From Sphingobacteriales bacterium 16-39-50 (GTDB lineage: Bacteria; Bacteroidota; Bacteroidia; Sphingobacteriales; Sphingobacteriaceae), in NCBI GenBank assembly GCA_002257025.1, contig NCHA01000014.1, positions 4,669 through 68,668 on the forward strand: a stretch of DNA of 64,000 nucleotides. Direction: 5' to 3'. Below, piece by piece: positions 49,288 to 59,443 of the stretch (positions are counted from its first letter, which is position 1; the number at the start of each line of letters is the position of its first letter). The position numbers and the translations under genes were made by a program. Under the pieces are notes generated by a model that saw only the letters and a program-made list of their open reading frames with translations, was not told the DNA's origin and did no database searches.

Positions 49288-50313
49288 CTATTCAAACACT
49301 ACAGCATCTTTATCTTCAATGATCCGATCGACTATGGAATCCAATTGACCGGAATAGTCCTGTGCAGTTTTAATGCCCAATTCGATTAGTGCCTGCATAT
49401 TCTGTTGACTCGCATTGTCCATTTCTGGAACTGCATTCCGGAGATGTTCTGGTTGAATCCGGCAGTAATTGGCTTCACTTCCACTGACCTCAAACATTTT
49501 GACCAGATGATAATTGGTAGTTTCTGCCGCTCCCGACATCATAATGTCAATGGAAGGTTTGATCCAGCCCAAAGCACCCCATGCCCTTGCTTTTTGATAA
49601 GGATATGACTTATTTTCGCCACCGGTTCCTAGAGAGAGAATCAGCATATCCTTTGCACTCGGATCCCCATTCGAATTCCTTACTTCGGAATAGGCGCAAA
49701 GGGATGGATTATTAGCAAATATGCCTCCATCAATCATCGGATAGCTCACCCCACTTAGTGATTTAACCAATGCAGCCTCAAAATAAGTTGGAGCTGCAGA
49801 AGTAGCCCGGCAAACGTCCTTCAGATAAAAATCACCCCCATCACCTTTCCTGGGATAATCATGACTGGCAAAAAAATGTGTTTTCCTTTCCTGAATGTCA
49901 TAGGAAGTAATCAGACATGGCTTTAATAATTCACTCAGCCGTTTATCTCTAAAATATGTGAGTAAAACTTCCTCCAGATTGTTTGCAGGATACTTTTCAC
50001 TAAACATTGATTTATAATTCATGAGTTTACTCAAAAAAGAAACCCTGAATATTTTATCTCCGTATCGTTTGTAAAGGTCAACTGCTTCCTCTGCACTAAA
50101 CTTGGGTTTTTGAGGATCATTTTCATCCGGACAAAGCAACAGGCAGGTCAATATTCCACCTGTACTGGTTCCGGCAAAAAAATCAAAATAAGTAGCGATA
50201 CGAGCCTGAGGATCTTTACTTTTTTCCTGCAGTTTCCTCTCCAGTGCGACCAGAATCTGACCGGGAATGAGCCCGCGGATACCACCCCCATCAATTGATA
50301 AAATTTTCTTCAT
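49288..50313 (-). CDS. Patatin-like phospholipase
   Basis: DGGGIRG, GTSTG nucleophile elbow, SAAPTYF, DGGIFANNP. Confidence 0.9.
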   Translation of the reverse strand: MKKILSIDGGGIRGLIPGQILVALERKLQEKSKDPQARIATYFDFFAGTSTGGILTCLLLCPDENDPQKPKFSAEEAVDLYKRYGDKIFRVSFLSKLMNYKSMFSEKYPANNLEEVLLTYFRDKRLSELLKPCLITSYDIQERKTHFFASHDYPRKGDGGDFYLKDVCRATSAAPTYFEAALVKSLSGVSYPMIDGGIFANNPSLCAYSEVRNSNGDPSAKDMLILSLGTGGENKSYPYQKARAWGALGWIKPSIDIMMSGAAETTNYHLVKMFEVSGSEANYCRIQPEHLRNAVPEMDNASQQNMQALIELGIKTAQDYSGQLDSIVDRIIEDKDAVVFE

Positions 50314-50400
50314 TAATATAAGATATTAATAATCAATTAATTACAAGCAATTTTAATTGTTAATATTTATCAGATTCCGGCAGTTCAAAAGTTACTGATT

Positions 50401-51000
50401 CTAAACCGGATGTTCATGAAGCCGGGCGGAAACCAGAGGCAAAAAATTATCTATGCAATCATGAACCTTATTTCCTCCAAAAAAATTGGTTCCGGGGCAT
50501 GATTTATGATTTTCTGAACCATTATTCCGTTGACCTGTGTCAGGGTCAAACCAATGGTGATAAACAATGCTTTCAGTATTTACCGGCAGTTCAAATCGGC
50601 TGCATAACATGGCAGTCAAACGGATGATGGTTTCGCGATGCTCATCGGTCATTTCATCCCTGCCCGTATCAAAATTACCCAGATGCTCAATACAGATAGC
50701 GTTCGCATTTTTGCGGCGAATACAGGCGGGTGATCTTCCAAGTGATCCTCCGGTTAGAATAATTCCATCAGGGAAAGTGGTAAAATGCTGCCCGATATCC
50801 CTCCAGCCATTCCTAAGAATATGAAAGCTTTTCATTCGCTCTTGCAGTTCAAAGTGGTTGTTTCCATCAAAATGCGCATAATTTGGGCTTTGGGTATGGT
50901 GTTGCTGGATGATTAATACTTTACGTTCAATTTTTATTGAAGTGATCCATTCCTCAAATTGTTGAATTTTGAGCTTTGTGAATCCCGATCTTTTAATCAT
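50401..51000 (-). CDS. N-acetylmuramoyl-L-alanine amidase (Amidase_2/PGRP-like)
   Basis: QQHHT, DIGQHF, ICIEHLGNFD, YHHW, KSCPG (His/His/Cys Zn ligands); no signal peptide. Confidence 0.82.
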   Translation of the reverse strand: MIKRSGFTKLKIQQFEEWITSIKIERKVLIIQQHHTQSPNYAHFDGNNHFELQERMKSFHILRNGWRDIGQHFTTFPDGIILTGGSLGRSPACIRRKNANAICIEHLGNFDTGRDEMTDEHRETIIRLTAMLCSRFELPVNTESIVYHHWFDPDTGQRNNGSENHKSCPGTNFFGGNKVHDCIDNFLPLVSARLHEHPV

Positions 51001-51178
51001 GGCAGATGATTTTTAGATATATATTAAAAATAAGTGTTTTAATATGAATTACAAATAAGCCTCCTGCTTTATCCCATCCATGTCAAATTTCCAATCCATG
51101 ATATTTGCCTGACCAATATATTAAGTGCTAAACCTAAATTTGCCAATCGATTAATTCAATTATAATGAATCATTAAAA

Positions 51179-51886
51179 ATGAAGGTAGAAATCTGGAGTG
51201 ATGTTATGTGTCCGTTCTGTTATATCGGAAAACGGAGGTTTGAAAAAGCGCTTGATCAGTTGCCCGGAAAAGAAAATATAGAAGTGATCTGGAAAAGCTT
51301 TCAGCTGAATCCCGACCTGAAGACAGATCCCACAAAAAATGTAAATCAGTATCTTTCAGAGGTCAAAGGCATGAGTATGGAACGAGCAGAACAACTTAAC
51401 CAGCAGGTTACAGAGATGGCTGCTGGCGAGGGACTGCATTATGAGTTGGATAAGGCCATTATTGCAAATTCAATGAATGCACATCGTTTCTCTCATTTTG
51501 CACTGAGCAAAAATAAGCAGGACGAGGCCGAGGAACAACTGTTCAAGGCTTATTTTACTGAAGGGAAAAATACAGATGATATCAATATTTTAATCAATCT
51601 GGGCAAAAGCATCGGCCTGGATGAAACTGAACTCAGGAAAGTTCTGGAGAGTGACCGGTATATAGAAGATGTACGAATGGACATTTATGAAAGTCAGCAG
51701 CTTGGGGTTCGTGGTGTTCCGTTTTTTGTATTCAACCGTAAATATGCTGTATCGGGTGCTCAGGAAACGCCTGTTTTCCTGCAAAATCTGGAGAAATCCT
51801 TTGGAGAGTGGAAGCAGGAACATCCGGCAGCGGGTTTACAGGTTCAGGAAGGAGCTGTTTGCCGGCCTGATGGGGAATGTGATTAG
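51179..51886 (+). CDS. DsbA-family oxidoreductase, FrnE-like
   Basis: KVEIWSDVMCPFCYIGKRRF, GVRGVPFFVF, VSGAQ. Confidence 0.9.
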   Translation: MKVEIWSDVMCPFCYIGKRRFEKALDQLPGKENIEVIWKSFQLNPDLKTDPTKNVNQYLSEVKGMSMERAEQLNQQVTEMAAGEGLHYELDKAIIANSMNAHRFSHFALSKNKQDEAEEQLFKAYFTEGKNTDDINILINLGKSIGLDETELRKVLESDRYIEDVRMDIYESQQLGVRGVPFFVFNRKYAVSGAQETPVFLQNLEKSFGEWKQEHPAAGLQVQEGAVCRPDGECD

Positions 51887-52098
51887 GTAGCTGTATTTTC
51901 TGATTAAGCTTGGCAAATAATTTGAAAGGGGATGGAAGCGTATTTGATAAAGGATGGACCTTGTTTGCAGGTTTTAAGGAAGGGTAAGTTATTTAATTGT
52001 GCTGATTGTGTGATTGTGGATTAATTATAAACAAGAATAGTTAGGATTAAGGTTTAATATGGATTTGAAAAGCAGGGTCTGTACCTGTTGCTTGCTTC

Positions 52099-52346
52099 AG
52101 CCGGGCTCTACGCTAAAGTTTTTGCCTCTGATACATGCGTTTTAAGATGAAATTCACTTAGGCAAAAAGCTGCCGCTTCGATCCCGTTTAGCTTGCCAGG
52201 AATCTGCTACTATGAAAGAAGGCCGAACCAGATTTGAAAACCCTACCTCCTTTTACTAAACCAGATTGAAGCGGCAGCCTTTGCCGAAACAATTGTTCTG
52301 GCAAGAAATAATATTCTATGGCAAAGCTACAGCGTAAAGCTGGACT
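52099..52346. repeat. Large nested-palindrome repeat (MITE/REP-like), copy 1
   Basis: Terminal IR AGCCGGGCTCTACGCT / AGCGTAAAGCTGGACT; internal IR GGCAAAAAGCTGCCGCTTCGATCC / GATTGAAGCGGCAGCCTTTGCC. Confidence 0.8.
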
Positions 52347-52427
52347 GCATCTCCCAAAAGCATCTGTCTTACATTTTCAAAAACTTAGACAAACTCTAAA
52401 AAAAATACTCTGACCTACTGAATTCCA

Positions 52428-53564
52428 CTAAACCCCGGCCACCTTTCTTTCTTTTTTTCTTCGTCCATACCAGATCATGAAACCGGTAACCGGCAGTATT
52501 GCAATAATCAGACTGGCGATGAAAGCAATAATCTTGCCCGGAAGTCCGATAATTGCACCGGTATGCAGATCATAATTCATCCTGATCGCCTTATCTGCAA
52601 ATTTCTGATCTTTGAGTCGCCCGAAAACATGATTTACATTCATTTCTTTCAGACTGTACTGATCGAAGTAACGATAATCCGTTTTCCAGTAAGTCCCCTG
52701 TTCAAAATTTGCATTGGCGGCAATTGGTGCCAATGAGGTTTCGGGCGGATGTACTTCAATGCTGACTGCATTCGGGTAATCTTTCATCATTTTCTCCCAA
52801 ACCAAATTTAAGGGTCTTTTAGCAGGATCAATAGATAAACCAGGCTGAGATTCGGGTTCGGTGTACAGCAACTCCTGCTTCCCCCCAAGCATTTTATAAT
52901 ATGCTTCCGCAAAAACCGGGACCCCCCAGTTCAGTCCGGTAATCGCAAAGAAAAGTCCGAAAATCATGGCATAAATCCCACTGATATTATGCAAATCATA
53001 GTTCTTTCTTCGCCATCGTGTTCTGTTACTCCATTTAAACCAAAGTCTCGATTTTAACTGCCTGATTTTAGCAGGTAACCAGAGGATTAGTCCACTAATC
53101 AACATAATAATAAAAATCACTGTAACCGTCGCAACCACCGGCTGCCCGATTTCGGGGGGTAGCCAGAGGTAAAAATGGCCATCGAGTATGAAGTGAAAAA
53201 AGCCTTCCTCCATATTATTCACTTTCAATACTTCCCCGGTATATGGATTCAGATAGGCGATGTAGTAATATAAAGGTTCATAATTATAGTAGATAGCCTC
53301 TACCGATCGAGATTTTCCATTATACTTAATTGCATGAAGATTCTTACCGGGTAAAGTTTTGGTTGCAATTTCCTGAAAATCAGATGGTTTTAAATAGGGC
53401 TTATTCTCAGGCTTAACATGCCGATAGGTTTGGGTATAATCCTGAATCTCCTCCTGAAAAGCATAAATACATCCTGTAATTGCCAATATGAATACCAATA
53501 GCCCGATCAAAAGACCGAGCCAAAGGTGTATTTTTCCAAAAAATCGTTTAGTTGTTTTCTTCAC
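52428..53564 (-). CDS. PepSY-associated TM helix protein (iron utilisation)
   Basis: IHLWLGL..G, DGHFYLWLP, YDLHNISG, YDLHTGAIIGLPGKII. Confidence 0.88.
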   Translation of the reverse strand: MKKTTKRFFGKIHLWLGLLIGLLVFILAITGCIYAFQEEIQDYTQTYRHVKPENKPYLKPSDFQEIATKTLPGKNLHAIKYNGKSRSVEAIYYNYEPLYYYIAYLNPYTGEVLKVNNMEEGFFHFILDGHFYLWLPPEIGQPVVATVTVIFIIMLISGLILWLPAKIRQLKSRLWFKWSNRTRWRRKNYDLHNISGIYAMIFGLFFAITGLNWGVPVFAEAYYKMLGGKQELLYTEPESQPGLSIDPAKRPLNLVWEKMMKDYPNAVSIEVHPPETSLAPIAANANFEQGTYWKTDYRYFDQYSLKEMNVNHVFGRLKDQKFADKAIRMNYDLHTGAIIGLPGKIIAFIASLIIAILPVTGFMIWYGRRKKERKVAGV

Positions 53565-53565
53565 T

Positions 53566-55722
53566 TTAGAACATATAATTTAAGCCCAGAGCAATAGACC
53601 GTAAACGCTGTGGCGTAATGGTTGACCAGCCCGTGTAATACTTCTCATTCCCGATATTATCCAGTTTCAGATTTAAACTAAAATTGGCGCGGCTATAGCT
53701 CATTACTGCATTGTAAACCAGATAACTTGGCAAACTAAATGTGCCTATATTCGAGCGATTCAGTGTTTTGTGTTCGCTGGCATAGTTCGCGCCTAAGCCG
53801 ATACCAACATATTTAAATACTCCTTCTGTAAACTTATAATTAGCCCAGAAATTCGCCAGTCTGGCCGGGCCTGCCTCTTCAGGACGCAAGCCAATGTATC
53901 CCGCATCGGGAGCATCTTTAGTTACTTCACTCTTGTTAAAACTGTAGCCTGCGATAATATTCAGTCCCTTGATCGGATTAGTCACAATGCTTGCTTCAAA
54001 GCCTTTGGAACTCACTTCGCCACCCTGAATCGAATTATTGATATTTGTAGGATCTGTCATCACCTTATTGTCAACCAGAATCGAATAATAACTTAGTGTT
54101 AGTGATATATTATCCTGATAAAGATTCGCCTTAGTACCTGCCTCCCACTGATTAGCATGCTCAGGATCAAATATTTTAACCCGTGGATTACTTCCATCCA
54201 CATTGGCTACCTGTGCCGGATCCAGATTTGTAAAACCATTCATATAATTGGAGAAAAGAGACAATTTTTCGGGAATGGCCTGATAAACCAGGCCAAACTT
54301 AGGCGAGAGATTAAACTGACTCTTGATTTTTTCTGTAGAATAGTAATTGGGCTGCCCTTCAAAATGATCAAGTCTTAAGCTTAACATAGCTGACAAATTC
54401 TTTGAAAGATTAATTACATCAGAAGCATAAACACTGCTGATTTTGGTTTTAACTGATGAAACCCCTTCAAATACATTTAATAAAGACTGATCCACAGCCT
54501 GCGGAGTCAATTTTCCATCATCTTTCTGATTTTTCAGAGACACCAGACCATGTGCTACCCAGCCTGAGCTGCTGTTATCAATGGTTTTTTCAAGGTAATC
54601 CAATCCAATAACCAGCCTGTTCCTGAGCTTTCCTAAAAGAAAATCACCATTAAAGTTCTGCTGAATTCCGCTCGCCCTGGTCTTCCCATCGCGTTTTGAA
54701 ATAAATCGGGTAAAATCAGATCCATTAGCACTATCCCATAAATAATGGTAATATCCATCACTTGTTGTATTGCTTGAGGATAAAATAGTCTGCGATTTCC
54801 ATTGCTTGCTCAAAGTATAAAGCATTTGTCCCTGGAAACCAAAGGAAGGGTTTGAGATTGACAAACTGTTAGCGGTAAACGACTTGCGGTAACTCTTCTC
54901 AAACAAATCCATAGTCTGGAAGGATAAAGGTGAATACCTGCTCAGAAAGATCATCGGTGCATTGGCTGATTCTGCAAAACGCATCTCCGAATTAATCAGG
55001 AATTGAAGCTTATCAGAAGCTTTGAACAATAAAGACGGAGCGATATAGGTAGATTTGCTAAAACCGGCATCCTGAAAACTATCTTCGGAACTATTTGCAG
55101 CATTTACCCGAATTGCTAGTTGTTTACTTAATGGTAAATTATAATCGGCTGTAATTCGTCTTAAGCCAAATCCGCCATTAGTGAAATTAATTTCTCCTCT
55201 CGATTGATTGTGAGGTTTTTTGGTAACCACATTGATCAATCCGCCATAGGAAATCACATTCCCGCCAAACAAGGTTCCCGAAGGCCCCTTAACAATTTCA
55301 ATAGTCTCAATATTCGCCGGGTCGAGTCCGGCATTCGTGATACTTGCCATTCCATTCACCATTGTGGGTTGCACAGCAAAACCACGCATGGAATAAAATT
55401 CAGCACCATCGCCTCCTCTGCCTGTCGATTCCCATAAACGGGTAATACCGGTTGCATTTTTCAATGCATTGTTCAAATTTGTAACTACCTGATCCTTAAA
55501 AAGATTTTTCGAGATTGACTGGTAAACCTGCGGATTCTCAATATATTTTAAAGGTAATTTAGAAACCGTGCTGCTGCTGTCAACTTTATAGCGGTTTTTA
55601 AAATCTTTGATGATCACTTCTTCCAAAACTCTTCGGTTTAAAGAATCCTGACTTCTAACTTCCTGTGTGTAGGCATTAAAGCCCAGTAAAACACCCATTA
55701 AGGAGAGGGTAATTGTTTTCAT
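53566..55722 (-). CDS. TonB-dependent siderophore receptor
   Basis: Signal peptide, plug (IEIVKGPSGTLFG...GGLINVVTKKP), C-terminal LGLNYMF. Confidence 0.9.
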   Translation of the reverse strand: MKTITLSLMGVLLGFNAYTQEVRSQDSLNRRVLEEVIIKDFKNRYKVDSSSTVSKLPLKYIENPQVYQSISKNLFKDQVVTNLNNALKNATGITRLWESTGRGGDGAEFYSMRGFAVQPTMVNGMASITNAGLDPANIETIEIVKGPSGTLFGGNVISYGGLINVVTKKPHNQSRGEINFTNGGFGLRRITADYNLPLSKQLAIRVNAANSSEDSFQDAGFSKSTYIAPSLLFKASDKLQFLINSEMRFAESANAPMIFLSRYSPLSFQTMDLFEKSYRKSFTANSLSISNPSFGFQGQMLYTLSKQWKSQTILSSSNTTSDGYYHYLWDSANGSDFTRFISKRDGKTRASGIQQNFNGDFLLGKLRNRLVIGLDYLEKTIDNSSSGWVAHGLVSLKNQKDDGKLTPQAVDQSLLNVFEGVSSVKTKISSVYASDVINLSKNLSAMLSLRLDHFEGQPNYYSTEKIKSQFNLSPKFGLVYQAIPEKLSLFSNYMNGFTNLDPAQVANVDGSNPRVKIFDPEHANQWEAGTKANLYQDNISLTLSYYSILVDNKVMTDPTNINNSIQGGEVSSKGFEASIVTNPIKGLNIIAGYSFNKSEVTKDAPDAGYIGLRPEEAGPARLANFWANYKFTEGVFKYVGIGLGANYASEHKTLNRSNIGTFSLPSYLVYNAVMSYSRANFSLNLKLDNIGNEKYYTGWSTITPQRLRSIALGLNYMF

Positions 55723-55733
55723 ATTTATTATTT

Positions 55734-55816
55734 TTATTTAGACTGATTATAATTAAGCCCCAAAGGTAAGAAGTCATTTTAGAAAAGCAAATATTATTTA
55801 GAATTATTTTAAATAA
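55734..55816 (-). promoter_or_regulatory. Promoter of the TonB receptor flanked by two putative Fur boxes
   Basis: TTTG-N19-TACCTTTG (55761-55791); TTATTTAGACTGATTATAATTAA (55734-55756) and TTATTTAGAATTATTTTAAATAA (55794-55816). Confidence 0.65.
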
Positions 55817-56003
55817 GCTATCAAAAGGAAAGTTAGTATGGGTATTGAAGATTTGAGCATAGTTCTGAATGGAAAGCAGGGTGGGTTGTCTGATTAAGAA
55901 TGGATAAATAAAGTGATATAGGATGGATGGGGAATGCGGTTAAGGTTGGATGAAGACTGTAATCAGGAGATGAAAAGCAGGAACTGTACTTGTCGGTTAC
56001 AGT

Positions 56004-56296
56004 AGCCGGGCTCTCAGCTAAAGTTTTTGCCACTGATACATTAGTTTAAAGATGAAATTCAGTTAGGCAAAAAGCTGCCGCTTCGATCCCGTTTAGCTTG
56101 CCCTGAGACTGCAACTATCTTAAGGAATCTGAGTTTTGAATTAGAAGAAATTAATTTAGAATTCGGAAATTCCTGAACCAGGTTTATAACCTCAACCCTA
56201 GGTTCATAAACCGGATTGAAGCGGCAGCCTTTGCCCGTACAATTATTCTGCTTAGAAATAATATCCAAAGGCAAAGCTATAGCGTAAAGCCGGGCT
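56004..56296. repeat. Large nested-palindrome repeat (MITE/REP-like), copy 2
   Basis: Same terminal and internal IRs and same orientation as 52099-52346, with a longer central loop. Confidence 0.8.
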
Positions 56297-56425
56297 GGCC
56301 CTGCCAAATGAGCCTGGTGTCCATTTCCAAAACTAAAACACAGTTAATTAACAGGACTAATATTGGGGCGATACTATTGAAATAAATGCCGGATAGCTTA
56401 TATTTAAGGTAAAAGCAGCCAGAAA

Positions 56426-57403
56426 ATGAAAGCAGCCATCCATACTAAATATGGTCCGCCTGAAGTGGTTCATATCCGGGAAATCAGCAAGCCAACTCCT
56501 GCTGCGAACGAAGTTTTGGTCAGGGTTCATGCCAGCACGGTAAACCGTACCGATTGCGGCTTCAGAAGTGCGGAATATTTTGTCAGCAGGTTTTTTAGCG
56601 GACTATTTAAGCCCAAACAACAAATATTGGGTTGTGAATTTTCGGGAACAGTTGAGTCTGTCGGGGAATCGGTACTTACTTATCAAGCCGGGGACCGGAT
56701 TTTCGGGTACAATGATATCCGTTTCGGCGGGCATGCCGAGTACCTGCTCCGTGATGAACAGGATACCATGACTCTGATGCCTCAAAATCTGAATTTTGCA
56801 GAAGCTGCGGCACTAACAGAAGGTGCGCATTATGCTTTATGTAATATCCGGGCAGCTAAAGTGGAGGCCGGACAACAAGTCATGGTTTACGGAGCTACGG
56901 GTGCTATCGGCTCGGCGGCAGTGCAGTTATTGAAATATTTCGATACTGAAGTAACAGCGGTATGCAATACTCCAAATATAGACCTGATTCGTTCATTAGG
57001 TGCAGATTATGTAATTGATTATACTATGGAAGATTTTACAAAAACCGCTAAGCGGTATGATTTTATCTTCGATGCAGTCGGAAAAAGCTCATTCGGAGCC
57101 TGTAAAAAACTACTCAAAGAAAATGGAGTATACATTTCTACTGAATTGGGTAAAAACGCCGAAAATATCTGGTTGGCATTGTACGGTCTCTTATCAGGAG
57201 GCAAAAGAATTCTCTTCCCTATTCCCTATATTAAAAAAGAGGATATAATCTTTTTGAAAGAGCTTGCCGAAAGAGGCAAATTCAAACCTCTTATCGACCG
57301 GATTTATCCTTTGGACAAGATAAGAGAGGCTTATCAATACGTTGAAAGCCGGCAAAAGATTGGGAATGTGGTTTTGAAAATTAACTCTGAAGAAACAAAT
57401 TAA
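56426..57403 (+). CDS. MDR-family NAD(P)-dependent oxidoreductase
   Basis: YGPPEV, VHASTVNRTD, GATGAIGSAAVQL, AYQYVESRQKIGNVVL. Confidence 0.85.
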   Translation: MKAAIHTKYGPPEVVHIREISKPTPAANEVLVRVHASTVNRTDCGFRSAEYFVSRFFSGLFKPKQQILGCEFSGTVESVGESVLTYQAGDRIFGYNDIRFGGHAEYLLRDEQDTMTLMPQNLNFAEAAALTEGAHYALCNIRAAKVEAGQQVMVYGATGAIGSAAVQLLKYFDTEVTAVCNTPNIDLIRSLGADYVIDYTMEDFTKTAKRYDFIFDAVGKSSFGACKKLLKENGVYISTELGKNAENIWLALYGLLSGGKRILFPIPYIKKEDIIFLKELAERGKFKPLIDRIYPLDKIREAYQYVESRQKIGNVVLKINSEETN

Positions 57404-57424
57404 TTCATTGGTTAATAAAATCTA

Positions 57425-58408
57425 TTAAGAGCGATTAAAATAAATCCCTTCCGCTGTTTTACCTAAAATCCAGACCTTATCTTCTTCAGTAAAGAATGGT
57501 ATAATATCCTTCATGATCAGGTATTCAAAAAAGTTGGCGAATAGCATTCGCTGAGGTCCGAAAGTATCATAAATCCGTTTTAGGTAAGGCCAGACATCGC
57601 GGTATGGCGGTTTTTGTTTCGAAGGATTGTGCATCGAGGTACGGATATATACATTAGGAAATTTCACAAGATTACATAATGGAATAATGCCTTCTGAATC
57701 AGGTTTAGTAATATCCATCATCGCTAGATGGTCAATCACGATTTTCACTCCCGGATAACGCTCTGCCATATCGGCCACCTGACTAATTTGCTGAGGCGCA
57801 AGGAAGATATTGAAGGTTGCCCCAATTTCCTCGGCTTTCTTCCACCAGGGGTATGAGCCTGGATCATTCATCCAAACCCGTTGCGGATCCTGGATCGGAC
57901 TCAGACGTAAACCGGTAAGTCCATCCTCTTTGACCAGCTTTTCAAGCCGTTCCGGATTTTTAGGATCATTAGGTGCAAACAAACGATTCCCGAACAGCAG
58001 GCCGAATCCGGCAAAACGATCAGGCCAGGTTTTTACACAGTGGATAGTATAATCATTGTTTCTGCCGTAATAACATACATGAGAAATGACTGTTTTATCT
58101 ATGCCATAGGTATTCATCTCTTCAATCAGATGCTCGCCTGAATAATCGCGGGGAGGTTTACTCCCCGGACAGGTAGAGATCTCCGGATCGATCGGAAAAC
58201 GCGGATCATTCATTAACCAAACGTGCTCAGAAGCATTGATGATCGGTGATTTTTGAGCTGAACTACTTAGAGTCCTGCCTGAAAGATCAGTTAAACCCTT
58301 AACCGGATTGGCTGAATCTTTAGAGTTCATCGCTGCAAGTCCCTGAGGTAACATACCCGCCACCGGAAGTGCGGACAGCATTTTTAACATCCTTCTTCTG
58401 TGCATCAT
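57425..58408 (-). CDS. Amidohydrolase_2-family protein with twin-arginine signal
   Basis: RRRMLK Tat motif; GLRLSP, VIDHLA, FGPQRMLF. Confidence 0.8.
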   Translation of the reverse strand: MMHRRRMLKMLSALPVAGMLPQGLAAMNSKDSANPVKGLTDLSGRTLSSSAQKSPIINASEHVWLMNDPRFPIDPEISTCPGSKPPRDYSGEHLIEEMNTYGIDKTVISHVCYYGRNNDYTIHCVKTWPDRFAGFGLLFGNRLFAPNDPKNPERLEKLVKEDGLTGLRLSPIQDPQRVWMNDPGSYPWWKKAEEIGATFNIFLAPQQISQVADMAERYPGVKIVIDHLAMMDITKPDSEGIIPLCNLVKFPNVYIRTSMHNPSKQKPPYRDVWPYLKRIYDTFGPQRMLFANFFEYLIMKDIIPFFTEEDKVWILGKTAEGIYFNRS

Positions 58409-58624
58409 ATTTAATTTTGGCTTTTAAAAATTGTCAATATCCTTATGATCAAAATCTTAGGTTCAAATTAAGGATATTATTTGATGAGGCAAAAGTTTTT
58501 GGGAATTGTGCGTTTGTTAATTATAGACAGAGATGATGTGCTAAACTCTAACGTGGGCTGGTCTTTCATCATAAGCCAATAAATTTTATACTTTTGATCA
58601 ATAAAATCCATTTAGTATAGATCA

Positions 58625-59443
58625 ATGCTCAATCTGTCTCAAAGACTACAAAAAATATCGCATATTATTGGCAGAAACATACTTTCGGAATCATTTCTGC
58701 CCTTCAGATTAATTTACAAATTGGTCAGGAAGGTTAATTTTAAATGGACTGTAAACAGGAATGGGAACAGGTTTAAAATTTTAATTAAAGACGGAATGGG
58801 AATTATGAATTTCGTCTCTGATTATGAACCCTGGTTAGATGAAATCCTGCCAAAGCTACTTGATAAAAAAGACGCTGTATTTTTGGATATAGGTGCCAAT
58901 ACCGGGCAAACAATGATTAAAATCCTTCCCCAATTTCCTGAGGTGCGTTATTTTGGTGTAGAGCCAAATGAATATTGCGTAAGGTACCTGCAAGCTCTAT
59001 CAGAAGTCAATAAATTTAAGTCTGTAAAAATTCTCCCTTATGCAGTATCCGATATGACTGGAGAGATTGAGCTGCTTACACGTTATCAGGATGATATTCT
59101 TGCTACTACTACTCATTCGTTCAGAAAATTCACTAAATACGCGATAAAAAAACAAGTCCGGATGATTAGCGGAGATGCTTTAATTGAGCAAGAGAATATT
59201 ACAGAACTGTCACTCATTAAGATGGATATTGAGGGAGGGGAATCCATGGCAATTCAAGGTCTGCTTAATACAATTAAAAAGTTTCAGCCTTATATTATCT
59301 GTGAGATAGCACCTTTACCCACTGAGGACAAAGACGTTACTGTATTTCGAACAATTGCTGCTAATAACATCTTATCTCACATGCGTGATTTAAACTATAG
59401 CGTACTGAATATTGTCACCGGAAATTCCATAAATCAGGTTTAA
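58625..59443 (+). CDS. FkbM-family SAM-dependent methyltransferase, probably truncated by a premature stop
   Basis: FLDIGANTG, GVEPN, IKMDIEGGE; an in-frame 24-codon extension with NYLFVP follows the TAA, to 59518. Confidence 0.82.
   Translation: MLNLSQRLQKISHIIGRNILSESFLPFRLIYKLVRKVNFKWTVNRNGNRFKILIKDGMGIMNFVSDYEPWLDEILPKLLDKKDAVFLDIGANTGQTMIKILPQFPEVRYFGVEPNEYCVRYLQALSEVNKFKSVKILPYAVSDMTGEIELLTRYQDDILATTTHSFRKFTKYAIKKQVRMISGDALIEQENITELSLIKMDIEGGESMAIQGLLNTIKKFQPYIICEIAPLPTEDKDVTVFRTIAANNILSHMRDLNYSVLNIVTGNSINQV

Noticed and set aside
49288-50313. CBASS system (CapV-like patatin)
   Set aside because: No CD-NTase or Cap2/Cap3 gene nearby; neighbours are an amidase and a sulfatase.
49288-51886. 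Prophage remnant around the amidase
   Set aside because: No holin, structural, replication or integrase genes.
52380-52402. Fur-like box (TTAGACAAACTCTAA) downstream of PepSY
   Set aside because: Lies 3' of the operon with no gene start to regulate; partial match only.
55833-56307. ORFs 55833-56033 and 56059-56307
   Set aside because: They run through the palindromic repeat and low-complexity flank, with no protein-like features.
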